Shown here: one piece after another, positions 1-9,468 of the stretch
How the letters are laid out: every line of letters begins with the position of its first letter
Position numbering within the stretch: the stretch's first letter is position 1
Assembly (NCBI GenBank): GCA_018224305.1
Contig: JAGTUV010000009.1
Coordinates: forward strand, 1 to 34,107
Direction: 5' to 3'
Length of the DNA: 34,107 nt
From: Gemmatimonadota bacterium
Lineage (GTDB): Bacteria; Gemmatimonadota; Gemmatimonadetes; Longimicrobiales; RSA9
The notes under the pieces: generated by a model
The model's input: only the letters and a program-made list of their open reading frames with translations
Databases searched by the model: none
Told to the model about the DNA's origin: nothing
Program-made: the position numbers and the translations under genes

Positions 1-1
1 C

Positions 2-880
2 CTGGCGCGGGCGCGCGCGGCCTCGGGTGATTTCCTGCGCCGCGTCTTCAAGAAGGCGGAGCAGGATCAGATCTTCTTCATGGGTGGCGCGATCGCGTTC
101 AACGTGCTGGTCGCGATCGTGCCGCTGGCTCTGGCCGTCGTGGGTGTCGCCGGGTTCTTCCTTCAGGCCCAGGAGGGCGTCAGTCCCGCCGACCCTGTCG
201 TACAATACCTCCTCCAGGTCCTGCCGCCGGTCAGCCCCGAGTTCGCCGAATATATGAGCGAGACGCTCAACGAGATCATCAGCCAGTCCACAGGGCTGTT
301 CACGATCGGTACCATCGTCTTCGCATGGCTCGCCACTCGACTGGTCGGAACTCTGCGCGCTGCGTTACGCGAGATCTTCGACATCCAGCAGGATCGCGGC
401 ATCGTTGCAGGCAAGTTCTTCGATCTCCAGATGGTGTTCGTGGCCGGGACCCTGCTCGCAATCAACATTGCGATCACCGTCGCTCTCGATCTCGTGACGG
501 ATGCGGGCATCGAGTTCCTCCACGTCGCCGCCGGACAGGAGTCGCTGCTCCGGGGTCTGATCCGGCAGGCGCTGGCGTTCATGACGATCTGGTTCATGTT
601 CGTGCTGATCTACCGGTATCTGCCCGCGCGCCGGATCCAGTGGCGTACCGCCCTCATCTGCGCGACGTTCACAGCGGTGCTCTTCGAGCTGATGAAGGCC
701 GGCTTTGCGTTTTACTTCCAGAACGCGAACTACGCAACGACCTACGGTGCGCTCGGCTTCGTCGCGATCGTCGTGATCTACGTGTACTACATGGCCCTCG
801 CGTTCATCCTCGGTGGACAGGTCGGACAGGTGGCGTCGCTCCAGCGGATCCGCCGCCGGCAGAAGGAACGGCTCGGCTGA
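2..880 (+). CDS. YihY/virulence factor BrkB family inner-membrane protein (5' end outside window)
   Basis: Frame is open from base 2 (LARARAASGDFLRRVFKKAEQDQIFFMGG). Multi-TM, with family-like segments 'LRAALREIF', 'LIYRYLP' and 'YATTYGALG'. Confidence 0.85.
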   Translation: MARARAASGDFLRRVFKKAEQDQIFFMGGAIAFNVLVAIVPLALAVVGVAGFFLQAQEGVSPADPVVQYLLQVLPPVSPEFAEYMSETLNEIISQSTGLFTIGTIVFAWLATRLVGTLRAALREIFDIQQDRGIVAGKFFDLQMVFVAGTLLAINIAITVALDLVTDAGIEFLHVAAGQESLLRGLIRQALAFMTIWFMFVLIYRYLPARRIQWRTALICATFTAVLFELMKAGFAFYFQNANYATTYGALGFVAIVVIYVYYMALAFILGGQVGQVASLQRIRRRQKERLG

Positions 881-936
881 GTTGTCCGGGACGGGTATAC
901 CTGTCCCCAACCCGTTCCCGCTATTAGCTTTCGCCC

Positions 937-1386
937 ATGTCGAAGAAGACTGTCGCGCGCAACAAGAAGGCCTTCCACGAGTATCACATCCTGGACACCT
1001 TCGAGGCCGGGATCGTTCTCGTCGGTCCGGAGGTCAAGAGCATCCGCGCCGGCAAGGTCAGCCTGGCCGAGGCGTTTGCCCGGGTCGACGGCAGTGAGGC
1101 GTTCCTCTACGGGATGCACATCAGCCCGTATGACCCGGCGAGCACGTTCAACGTCGATCCGATACGGACGCGCAAGCTGCTGCTGAACCGCCGCGAGATT
1201 CGCAAGCTCATCGGCGCGACGCAGCAGGAGGGATTCACGCTGGTACCGCTGGAACTGTATCTGAACGATGGCTATGTCAAGGTTGCCCTGGCGCTCGGAC
1301 GCGGCAAGAAGCAGTTCGACAAGCGCGAAGACGTCAAGAAGCGGGATGCGCAGCGCGAGATGCAGCGGGCGATACGTCGTGGTTGA
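937..1386 (+). CDS. smpB: SsrA-binding protein SmpB
   Basis: [28 protein letters not shown] and GKKQFDKRE are hallmark SmpB motifs. Confidence 0.98.
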   Translation: MSKKTVARNKKAFHEYHILDTFEAGIVLVGPEVKSIRAGKVSLAEAFARVDGSEAFLYGMHISPYDPASTFNVDPIRTRKLLLNRREIRKLIGATQQEGFTLVPLELYLNDGYVKVALALGRGKKQFDKREDVKKRDAQREMQRAIRRG

Positions 1387-2626
1387 TCGCGTGCGCACGT
1401 TCGCCGTGGCGCTGCTGCTGCTGCTCGTGGCGGGGCAGGCCACCGCGCAGCCTGCACTGCGCATTGGCGGTGCGTCCACGCACGTCGTCCAGGGTGCGGA
1501 GGTCGATGGCGCCGCGGCCTATCCTGCCCGAGCGCTGGAAGCGCTCGGGTTCCGCGTCGCAGTCACGCCCGCCGGCATCGAGGCGGTATCGGGTACGGAC
1601 ACGCTGAAGTTCTGGAACACCTCTCCGTATTTCCGGGCACGCGGCGGGCTCCATCAGCTCGCGTATGCGACATCCGAACTCGACGGCACGTTCTACCTGC
1701 CGGAACAGTTCTTCATACAATGGCTGCCATCCGCATTTCCCGACCGCTTCCAGTTCCGCGACGGCGCACTCCACGCGGGCGGCGGTTCCGTGACGTTGGC
1801 AGCGCGCGCAGTGTCGGCACAGCCGGTGGTGCCGGCTGAGCGACCGCGCGAATCCGCCCCTCGCGAATCCGCCCCTCGCGAATCCGCCCCTCGCGAATCC
1901 GCTGAGCCGCGTGCGCGCGCGCCGCGGGTCGTGGTGATCGATCCCGGCCACGGTGGACGCGATCCGGGCAAGGTCGGCGCGAACGGGCTGCGTGAGAAGG
2001 ACGTGACGTTGATGGTGTCGCAGCGCCTCGCTGCCGTTCTGGAGGAGCGCGGGTACGAAGTCCACCTGACGCGTACGACGGATACCTACGTCTCGCTGTA
2101 TGACCGGCCGCGGCTGGCCAACGAGTGGAAGGGCGACCGTCCGGTCGCGGTGTTCCTTTCGATCCATGCGAATGCTGCCACGGCAAGCTCTGCACGCGGC
2201 TTCGAGACGTTCTTCCTCTCGGAGGCTCGCACCGAGGATGAGCGGCGCGTGGCAGAAATGGAGAACGAGTCACTCCGCTTCGATGATCACTCTCACGCTG
2301 TGGCGGAAGCCGGCCTGGATCAGGTCCTGAGCACACTCCGCAGCGATTTCCTGATGCGCGCGTCACACGATCTGGCCGCAGTGGTTCAGGAGCGAATGGC
2401 GGATTTCCACCCCGGACCAAACCGCGGCGTCAAGCGCGCGGGCTTCGTAGTGCTCGTTGGCACGGTCATGCCGGCGGTGCTGATCGAAACGGCCTTCATC
2501 TCGAATCGCGACGACGCGCGTCTGCTCGGCACGCAGTCATTCCAGCAGAAGATCGCCTGGGGCATCGCGGACAGTGTGGAGGAATTCTTCACACGCAATG
2601 AGCACTTGTGGGAAGACGGCCGATGA
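1379..2626 (+). CDS. N-acetylmuramoyl-L-alanine amidase (Amidase_3, AmiC-like) with signal peptide
   Basis: [25 protein letters not shown] and PAVLIETAF Zn-amidase motifs. Hydrophobic signal ([16 protein letters not shown]). Start is GTG 1379 or 1391; the track start at 1268 lies inside smpB. Confidence 0.92.
   Translation: MVDRVRTFAVALLLLLVAGQATAQPALRIGGASTHVVQGAEVDGAAAYPARALEALGFRVAVTPAGIEAVSGTDTLKFWNTSPYFRARGGLHQLAYATSELDGTFYLPEQFFIQWLPSAFPDRFQFRDGALHAGGGSVTLAARAVSAQPVVPAERPRESAPRESAPRESAPRESAEPRARAPRVVVIDPGHGGRDPGKVGANGLREKDVTLMVSQRLAAVLEERGYEVHLTRTTDTYVSLYDRPRLANEWKGDRPVAVFLSIHANAATASSARGFETFFLSEARTEDERRVAEMENESLRFDDHSHAVAEAGLDQVLSTLRSDFLMRASHDLAAVVQERMADFHPGPNRGVKRAGFVVLVGTVMPAVLIETAFISNRDDARLLGTQSFQQKIAWGIADSVEEFFTRNEHLWEDGR
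1847..1902 (+). repeat. 15-bp tandem repeat CGCGAATCCGCCCCT x3.7 (RESAP linker in the amidase)
   Basis: Exact units at 1847, 1862 and 1877, partial unit at 1892. Confidence 0.95.
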
Positions 2627-4284
2627 CGCCCCTCCGCCTCGCCGTGCTCGCGGGGATGTTACTGCTTGGCGGCTGCGGCTATTTCAATTCGCTTTACAAC
2701 GCGAAGCGGAACTTCTCGACCGCGGAGCGCGCAACCCGCAGCGGCGATCGTACGACGGCGGCACGCGAGTATCGCGCTGCCATCGACCGCGCCGCGGTCA
2801 GCTACCGCAAGTACCCGAACGGCCGCTGGGCGGATGACGCGCTGCTCCTGCTCGGTCGCGCCCGCTTCGAGCTGGGAGAGTACGAGGCGGCTGCCGCGGC
2901 TATGGAGACGCTCCTCGAACAGTCCGATGATGCGCAGCAACGCGCGGTGGCGCATGCGTACCGGGGAGCCGCGCTTTTCATGCTCGAGGATCTGCCGGCA
3001 GCGATTGCGCACCTCGACAGCGCCGCGAGCGCACTGCGCGAGGACAGCGAGGACGGCGCGTTTGCGCGGTTGTGGCGCGCGCGCACTGCGTTCGAGCAGG
3101 GTCGTAGCGAGGCCGGCTGGCAGGACCTCACGGCGGCGACGTCAAGTCGTCGAATGGCGCACCGTATCGCCATGGAGGGAGTTCGGCGCAGCTTGCAGCA
3201 GCGTGACTCGGCACGCGCGTTCGAGTTCATGCATCATCTCGCGCGGGCGCCGCACGAGGGCGGGTCGCAGATGCGGGCGGATTCCATCCTGGACGTGCTC
3301 GGCCGCGAATGGTCGCCGTCGATCGCGTTCGGCAGTTCAGCACCGATCGGCCAGTCCGACTGGCCTGCGGACGTTCGCGACGCGATCGCGCTGACCCGCG
3401 CGCGTCTGGCTGTCCGGGCGGGCGACCCGGATACCGGTCTCGCGATGGCCATGCAGCTCGGCAATACCATCAACCTGGGCATCGGCAGCAGGGCGCGGCG
3501 GCTGGCTGCGGAGATCCGGCTTGCAAAGGCGGAGTCGACCGACGAACTGGAGGACGTTCGCTCCGTGCTCCTTCCCGCATACGATGATCGTCCCGCGCTC
3601 GAGCTGATGCGCCGCGTGCGTGCCGCGCAGATCCTGCTGCGCAACGGCCAGGATGCCGGCAGTTCGATTTCGCTGTTCGCCGCGGCGGAACTCCTGCGTG
3701 ACGAGGCAGGTGCACCGCTGCTGGCCCGCCGCGTCTTTCTCGATTTCGCCGCGCAGCAGCCGAGCATCTGGGCGGGGAAGGCCGCGCTGGCCGCGCACCA
3801 GATCGCGCAGTCCGAAGAAACCGCCGCAGCATTGGTCCGCCTCGCGACCAACCCGTACGTGAGCTCCGTACGCGGCACGACCTATGACGCCGCGGAGATC
3901 GACCGCGCCGAGGAACGTCTCGCGTATGGCATCGCGGGGCTGCGCACGGACGCGATTGCCGAAGCGATCCGCCGTGATGTAGCGGTCGGTCGGGCAGTCA
4001 CGGTGCTGGACAGCACGCGGCTCGCCGCGCGCAACGACAGCGTACGCATCGCCTGCGGCATGCTCATCGATTCGCTCAGTGTGGGTGGCATCCGCGCGGA
4101 CAGCACGCGTTCCGCGTGTCTGCGCGGCGATACCACCCGTGTACGCTTCGTGCTGAACGCCGATACCGTGCTTCTGCGTGACTCTACGGCCGGCGCTGGC
4201 CAGCGCGTTCCCGACCGGACGGCGCCCGACACGGTCCTGGCCCCTCCGGACACCATGCTTCTCTCCATTCTCACGCACCGTTAG
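2623..4284 (+). CDS. Tetratricopeptide-repeat lipoprotein
   Basis: ATG 2623 overlaps the amidase stop (ATGA). Lipobox LLGG-C. TPR-like helices (WADDALLLLGRARFELGEYEAA). Confidence 0.8.
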   Translation: MTPLRLAVLAGMLLLGGCGYFNSLYNAKRNFSTAERATRSGDRTTAAREYRAAIDRAAVSYRKYPNGRWADDALLLLGRARFELGEYEAAAAAMETLLEQSDDAQQRAVAHAYRGAALFMLEDLPAAIAHLDSAASALREDSEDGAFARLWRARTAFEQGRSEAGWQDLTAATSSRRMAHRIAMEGVRRSLQQRDSARAFEFMHHLARAPHEGGSQMRADSILDVLGREWSPSIAFGSSAPIGQSDWPADVRDAIALTRARLAVRAGDPDTGLAMAMQLGNTINLGIGSRARRLAAEIRLAKAESTDELEDVRSVLLPAYDDRPALELMRRVRAAQILLRNGQDAGSSISLFAAAELLRDEAGAPLLARRVFLDFAAQQPSIWAGKAALAAHQIAQSEETAAALVRLATNPYVSSVRGTTYDAAEIDRAEERLAYGIAGLRTDAIAEAIRRDVAVGRAVTVLDSTRLAARNDSVRIACGMLIDSLSVGGIRADSTRSACLRGDTTRVRFVLNADTVLLRDSTAGAGQRVPDRTAPDTVLAPPDTMLLSILTHR

Positions 4285-4286
4285 CC

Positions 4287-5204
4287 ATGCATCTGGCGCA
4301 GACACTGCTCGGTGTCGAGTTCCAGAATCCCGTGCTCCTCGCCAGCGGCACCTGCGGCTATGGTGCGGAACTCGATGGCTTCTTCGACATCGATAGCCTC
4401 GGTGGGCTGGTCATCAAGGCCGTCACGGCCGATGTCCGCGCCGGTAATCCCGCGCCCCGCGTTGCCGAGTTCCCTGCCGGCATGATCAACTCCGTCGGCC
4501 TGGCGAACCCGGGGCCGGAGGTCGTACGCACGGAGAAATTGCCCTGGCTCGCGCGGCGGCTGGCCAGGGCACGGGTGCTCGTCAACATCGCGGGTCGTTC
4601 CGCCGACGAGTATGGCGAGATCATCCGCTCCCTCGATGACGTCGCCGGCTTCCATGCGTACGAGCTGAACGTCTCCTGTCCGAACGTGAAGGAAGGCGGC
4701 GCGATCATCGCCACGCGCGAGGATCTGCTCGCCGCCGCCGTTCGCGCAGCGCGCCGGGCGACGCGACGGCCGTTGTCGATCAAGCTCGCGCCGAACGTGC
4801 CGGACATCGGCCGCATGGCCGCGATCTGCGTCGACGAAGGCGCCGACGCGCTCACGCTCGTGAACACGATGCCCGGACTGCTGTTCGACACCGGGTCGCG
4901 CAGGCCCGTCCTGGGTGCGGGCAGCGGCGGCATGAGCGGGCCAGGCCTCCTGCCGATCGGTGTCCACGCAGTTGCGCAGGCCCGCCGGCGCGTCGCCGTG
5001 CCGATTCTCGGTGTGGGTGGTATCCGAACGGCCGCGGACGCTGTACAGTATCTCCTCGCCGGAGCCAGCCTGATCCAGATCGGCACAGCCAGTTTCGCGG
5101 ACCCTCGCGCCGCAGAGCGTGTACTCAGGGACTTGAAGGGATGGGGCTCGGCCCATGGGATTGGCAGTGTCACGGAACTCGTGGGAAGCGGCCTGTCCGC
5201 GTAA
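4287..5204 (+). CDS. pyrD: Dihydroorotate dehydrogenase, family 1 catalytic subunit
   Basis: NPVLLASGT, GNPAPR, NSVGLANPG, ELNVSCPN (catalytic Cys), KLAPN and GVGGI. Adjacent to pyrF. Confidence 0.95.
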   Translation: MHLAQTLLGVEFQNPVLLASGTCGYGAELDGFFDIDSLGGLVIKAVTADVRAGNPAPRVAEFPAGMINSVGLANPGPEVVRTEKLPWLARRLARARVLVNIAGRSADEYGEIIRSLDDVAGFHAYELNVSCPNVKEGGAIIATREDLLAAAVRAARRATRRPLSIKLAPNVPDIGRMAAICVDEGADALTLVNTMPGLLFDTGSRRPVLGAGSGGMSGPGLLPIGVHAVAQARRRVAVPILGVGGIRTAADAVQYLLAGASLIQIGTASFADPRAAERVLRDLKGWGSAHGIGSVTELVGSGLSA

Positions 5205-5219
5205 GGGGTCGCACAGACT

Positions 5220-5927
5220 ATGTCCGAAATCATCGTAGCACTGGATCTGCCATCTGCCGCGCAGGCACTCGACCTCGTCGATGGCCTGGGCGACAGTATC
5301 GATTTCTACAAGGTCGGCTCGCCGCTGTTCACGCGCGCGGGCCCGTCGTTCGTGGGCGAGCTTCGCAGCCGCGGCAAACGCGTCTTCCTCGATCTCAAGT
5401 ATCACGACATTCCGAGTACCGTCGCGAATGCGGTTGAATCGGCCGCCGAACTCGATGTCGAGATGGTCACGCTGCATGCTTCCGGGGGCGAGGCCATGAT
5501 GCGCGCGGCACGCGATGTCGTCGGCGATGACGGCCCGCGCCTTCTGGGCGTGACGATCCTGACATCGTTCACTGCGTCCGATGTCGAGCAGGTATGGAAC
5601 AAGGAGATTCTATCCGTACGCGATGAAGTGGCCCGGCTGTCCAATCTCGCCGTGGATGCCGGTCTGCACGGCGTCGTGACCTCGCCGCTGGAGGTCGAAT
5701 CGCTCAAGCGCCGTCACGGCGCCGACTTCATTGTCGTGACTCCCGGAATCCGGCCCGCGGGTGAGGGATTGGGCGACCAGGCCCGAACTGCCACTCCCGC
5801 CGAGGCCGCACGCGCAGGCTCCGATTTCCTCGTGATCGGGCGGCCCGTCCTCACCGCGGCCGATCCTCGCGCCGTGGTCCGTGCCGTTCTGGCCGAGCTC
5901 GAGGCCGCGCCGCAGGTGGCACAGTGA
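5220..5927 (+). CDS. pyrF: Orotidine-5'-phosphate decarboxylase
   Basis: IVALD, FLDLKYHDIPSTV, VTPGIRP and VIGRP. Confidence 0.97.
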   Translation: MSEIIVALDLPSAAQALDLVDGLGDSIDFYKVGSPLFTRAGPSFVGELRSRGKRVFLDLKYHDIPSTVANAVESAAELDVEMVTLHASGGEAMMRAARDVVGDDGPRLLGVTILTSFTASDVEQVWNKEILSVRDEVARLSNLAVDAGLHGVVTSPLEVESLKRRHGADFIVVTPGIRPAGEGLGDQARTATPAEAARAGSDFLVIGRPVLTAADPRAVVRAVLAELEAAPQVAQ

Positions 5928-6364
5928 TCTCCTGGTTCCGTACGCGCGTTCTCCTCTCGATCACAGCGTTCATGATGCTCGCGTCCGTCCCTGTCGCTGC
6001 ACAGGACCCCGGTCCCACGCTGCAGCGCGTGGCGTCCGCCTGGCACAAGGGTGATGCGAGGAGTGTCGCTTCACTCGGCGCGCGGGATGGCATCTCGCTC
6101 GATGTGGACGGCAGCACTGTCGGTCCGCTCGGTACCCGGCAGGCCTCAGCCGTGCTGCGGAGTGTCTTCGAAGACCGGGAGAGCGTGTCCGCTGCCCCCC
6201 GGATCAGCAGGACCGTCGGCGGCGATCCCGCGCGCGCGTTCGGCGAGATCACCTGGACAACCCGCGCGCGCGGCACCACCATACCCGAGCGCGCCACTCT
6301 CTTCGTCGCATTCGTCCGCGAGGGCGATGCCTGGCGCATCACCGAGATTCGCCTCTTGCGATGA
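5924..6364 (+). CDS. Secreted hypothetical protein (DUF4783/NTF2-like resemblance)
   Basis: GTGA overlap with pyrF and ATGA overlap with the next gene. Signal peptide ends VAA-Q. The C-terminal 'WRITEIR' strand is NTF2-like. The family call is tentative. Confidence 0.6.
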   Translation: MISWFRTRVLLSITAFMMLASVPVAAQDPGPTLQRVASAWHKGDARSVASLGARDGISLDVDGSTVGPLGTRQASAVLRSVFEDRESVSAAPRISRTVGGDPARAFGEITWTTRARGTTIPERATLFVAFVREGDAWRITEIRLLR

Positions 6365-7272
6365 TTCAGCGGCCGGATTCCGTACCACAGACAGGTCCAC
6401 AGTTCGACTGGCGTGAGGCGATGCACTGGGAGACGATCCTCAGGATCGTGCTCGTCATTGTCATCGCCATTGTCGCATATCGCATCACCACCGTCCTGAT
6501 CGCTCGTCTCCTCAAGCGTGAGATCGAGGAAGAGGACCCGATCGTCCGGCGGCTGCGTGAGCAGCGGGCGCAGACCATGGCCAGCCTGCTCGGCAGCGTT
6601 GCGCTGGTCACGATCACGATCGTCGTCGCGCTCACGGTACTCGATATCCTGCTCGACAACATCGCACCCATCCTTGCCTCGTTCGGAATACTCGGCCTCG
6701 CGTTCTCGTTCGGTGCGCAGTCGCTCGTCAAGGACGTCATCAGCGGCACGTTCATGCTGATGGAGGGACAGTTCGGCATTGGCGATGTGGTGCGGCTCGG
6801 CGACGTGTCCGGGGCGGTGGAGAAGATCACGCTCCGGACCACCATCCTTCGCGACATCGAGGGTGTCGTGCACATCATTCCGAACGGCGAGATCACCCGG
6901 GTCAGCAATATGACGAAGGCGTGGTCCCGGGCCCTGTTGAGAATCGGCGTGGCCTACAAGGAGGATGTCGACCACGTGATGGATGTCCTGCGAGACGAAC
7001 TCCAGGAGTTTTACGCGGATCCGGAGTGGCGCGGCCTTCTTCTCGAGGAGCCGAGCGTGCCGGGCATCGATGACATGGCTGACTCCGCGATCATCATTCG
7101 TGTCATGGCGAAGACCCTGCCGCTGAAGCAGTGGGATGTGGCGCGTGAACTGCGCCGTCGCATCAAGAACCGCTTCGACCGCGAAGGTATCGAGATCCCG
7201 TTCCCCCACACGACCATGTACTGGGGCGACGGTCAAATGCCCGCGCTGCACCCGGACCGCGATCAGAGCTGA
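6361..7272 (+). CDS. Small-conductance mechanosensitive channel (MscS/YbiO-like)
   Basis: GLAFSFGAQSLVKDVISG, QFGIGDVV, GAVEKITLRTT, IPNGEI and GIEIPFP. Confidence 0.93.
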   Translation: MIQRPDSVPQTGPQFDWREAMHWETILRIVLVIVIAIVAYRITTVLIARLLKREIEEEDPIVRRLREQRAQTMASLLGSVALVTITIVVALTVLDILLDNIAPILASFGILGLAFSFGAQSLVKDVISGTFMLMEGQFGIGDVVRLGDVSGAVEKITLRTTILRDIEGVVHIIPNGEITRVSNMTKAWSRALLRIGVAYKEDVDHVMDVLRDELQEFYADPEWRGLLLEEPSVPGIDDMADSAIIIRVMAKTLPLKQWDVARELRRRIKNRFDREGIEIPFPHTTMYWGDGQMPALHPDRDQS

Positions 7273-7280
7273 GAGCCGAC

Positions 7281-8735
7281 ATGCCGCTGCGCCTCTACAA
7301 TACCATGACCCGCCGGCTCGAAGAGTTCGTGCCACTCGACTCCACGCGGGTAGGTGTGTATGCCTGCGGGCCGACGGTTTACCGTCCGCCGCACATCGGC
7401 AACTTCCGCACGTTCGTTTTCAACGACCTGCTCCACCGATACCTGGAGTGGAAGGGATTTGGCGTCACGTTCGTCATGAATCTGACCGACGTCGAGGACA
7501 AGATCATCAACGAGGCTGCGGGCATGGGAGTCTCCATCGGCGAGGTCACGGCGCCGATGGCCGACGCGTTCTTCGCCGACCTGCGAACCCTGGCAGTGCT
7601 GCCGGCCGATCTGTATCCCCGGGCGACCGAACACATCGACGAGATGATCGACATCATCGAGCGGCTCGAGAAGCGTGGACACGCCTATCGCGCTCCGGAC
7701 GGCTCCGTCTACTTCGACATCTCCTCCTTCCCGACATACGGCAGGCTCGCGCGCATCGAAGCGCAGTCCATCCGTTCGGGTGCCGGTCTCAGTACGCGTG
7801 CAGGAGGGATCGACGCGGACGAATACGAGAAGGCCGACGCACGTGATTTCGCGCTGTGGAAGGGCGTGAAGGATGTGGATCGCCAGGTCGGTGCTGCCTG
7901 GCAGACGCCGTGGGGCGAAGGCCGGCCCGGCTGGCACATCGAGTGTTCCGCGATGAGCATGGCCGCGCTCGGCAGCACGTTCGACATCCATACGGGCGGT
8001 GAGGACCTGATATTCCCGCACCACGAGGACGAGATCGCACAGTCGGAAGGTGCGTCCGGCGAACCATTCGTCCGCTACTGGCTGCACGTGAAGCACCTGC
8101 TCGTCAACGGCGAGAAGATGTCGAAGTCGAAAGGCAATGACTTCACGATCGATCAGCTGCTCGAGAAGGGGTACTCTGCGTCCTCGATCCGCTACCTGAT
8201 CATCAGTGCGCAGTACCGCAAGGAACTGAACTTCGCGTTCGACGGTCTCGACACAGCCCGCACGGCCATTCAGCGGCTGCTGGATTTCGAGCGTCGTCTC
8301 ATCGACATGCCGACGGCCGCTGATGCGCCGCTGTCACGGTTGCACGAGATCACAGAACACGCGTTGCACGATTTCGAGAAGGCGATGGATGACGACCTCA
8401 ACACGCCGAATGCACTGGCGGTCGTGTTCAACTTCGTGCGTGAGTGCAACGCGGAGCTGGACCGCGACACGCCCACAGCCCGGGCTGCAACGGACGCTGC
8501 CCGCGATGCGCTCGCGAGCATGGACCGCGTGCTCGGCATCCTCGAGATCGCGCGTGTCGAACGCGCGGATGTCGCGGACGATCTGGCCGTGTGGGCGGAC
8601 GGTATGGTGGCGGAACGTCAGGAAGCCAGACGAAGGCGGGACTATGCGGAGTCGGATCGCATCCGCGATGAACTCGAAGGCCGGGGAATTGTCGTGGAGG
8701 ACACGCCGCAGGGGCCGCGCTGGAAAAAGGCCTGA
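7281..8735 (+). CDS. cysS: Cysteine--tRNA ligase
   Basis: YACGPTVY, HIGN (HIGH), GRPGWHIECSAM, FPHHEDEIAQ and KMSKS. Confidence 0.98.
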   Translation: MPLRLYNTMTRRLEEFVPLDSTRVGVYACGPTVYRPPHIGNFRTFVFNDLLHRYLEWKGFGVTFVMNLTDVEDKIINEAAGMGVSIGEVTAPMADAFFADLRTLAVLPADLYPRATEHIDEMIDIIERLEKRGHAYRAPDGSVYFDISSFPTYGRLARIEAQSIRSGAGLSTRAGGIDADEYEKADARDFALWKGVKDVDRQVGAAWQTPWGEGRPGWHIECSAMSMAALGSTFDIHTGGEDLIFPHHEDEIAQSEGASGEPFVRYWLHVKHLLVNGEKMSKSKGNDFTIDQLLEKGYSASSIRYLIISAQYRKELNFAFDGLDTARTAIQRLLDFERRLIDMPTAADAPLSRLHEITEHALHDFEKAMDDDLNTPNALAVVFNFVRECNAELDRDTPTARAATDAARDALASMDRVLGILEIARVERADVADDLAVWADGMVAERQEARRRRDYAESDRIRDELEGRGIVVEDTPQGPRWKKA

Positions 8736-9111
8736 GCAGCCTGGCCGGCGACGGCGCACGCCAGTCGCCACGAAACGCTCGGCCAACGCTTCGCAGCAGC
8801 CTGACGTCGCCGCCGCCGGGCACCCGGGCGGCAGGATTACGAGTTACAGCGCGACCACAGTTCGTCCGATCCGCCACGCGTGGCGGTATCGATGGAGCTG
8901 GCCGCGGCGCGTTTCTGTCGACCGCTTGCGACGGGACCTGCATCTTCGCAACAGCCTGGGAGCCACACCCCGGCGCCCGTGACGCTGCCGGCAATCCGGA
9001 CTAAACTGCTGTCAGTGATACGGTTCTGCGTTATGGCGCGGGGATCGGCTGGATCCGCCATGCCGCCCGCGCACGGATACAGGTGGTAGTTCCGTGCCGG
9101 ACCAGGCCACC

Positions 9112-9141
9112 TTGACGCGGCCGGTCAGGTGTGGCGAGATT
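9112..9141 (+). promoter_or_regulatory. Possible sigma70-type promoter of tRNA-Thr (TTGACG-N18-GAGATT)
   Basis: Good -35, weak -10, 33 nt upstream of the tRNA. Confidence 0.35.
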
Positions 9142-9173
9142 TTGCGGGCAATTCAGTCCGGTACAGATGTTCC

Positions 9174-9246
9174 GCTCGCGTAGCTCAGCTGGTAGAGCAG
9201 CTGATTTGTAATCAGCAGGTCGTCGGTTCGAGTCCGACCGCGAGCT
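9174..9246 (+). tRNA. tRNA-Thr (anticodon TGT), CCA not encoded
   Basis: Acceptor stem GCTCGCG/CGCGAGC, D-arm TAGCTCAGCTGGTAGAGC, anticodon stem GCTGA/TCAGC with loop TTTGTAA, T-loop GTTCGAGTC. Confidence 0.97.
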
Positions 9247-9468
9247 TTCCTTCCGACGTGCTTCATCCCAGGTTTCGGTCCGCCTCGTTGTGCGGTACGG
9301 CTGGCCGCAGCTGTGCCTGCGCCTCCAGCTTCTTCCGGTATCAGTCCGCGCGGGCGTCGTCCAGACAATGTCGCAGACCATGGGCATGCTTTCGACTTCG
9401 AAGAAGACAGCGAACTCTGCCGTTCCGCCGGAGCTTGTTGAGACGCGCCAAGGCTCACGCCGAGAGAC

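Noticed and set aside
881-1400. tmRNA (ssrA) adjacent to smpB
   Set aside because: There is no room and no tRNA-Ala-like ends; the flanks are coding.
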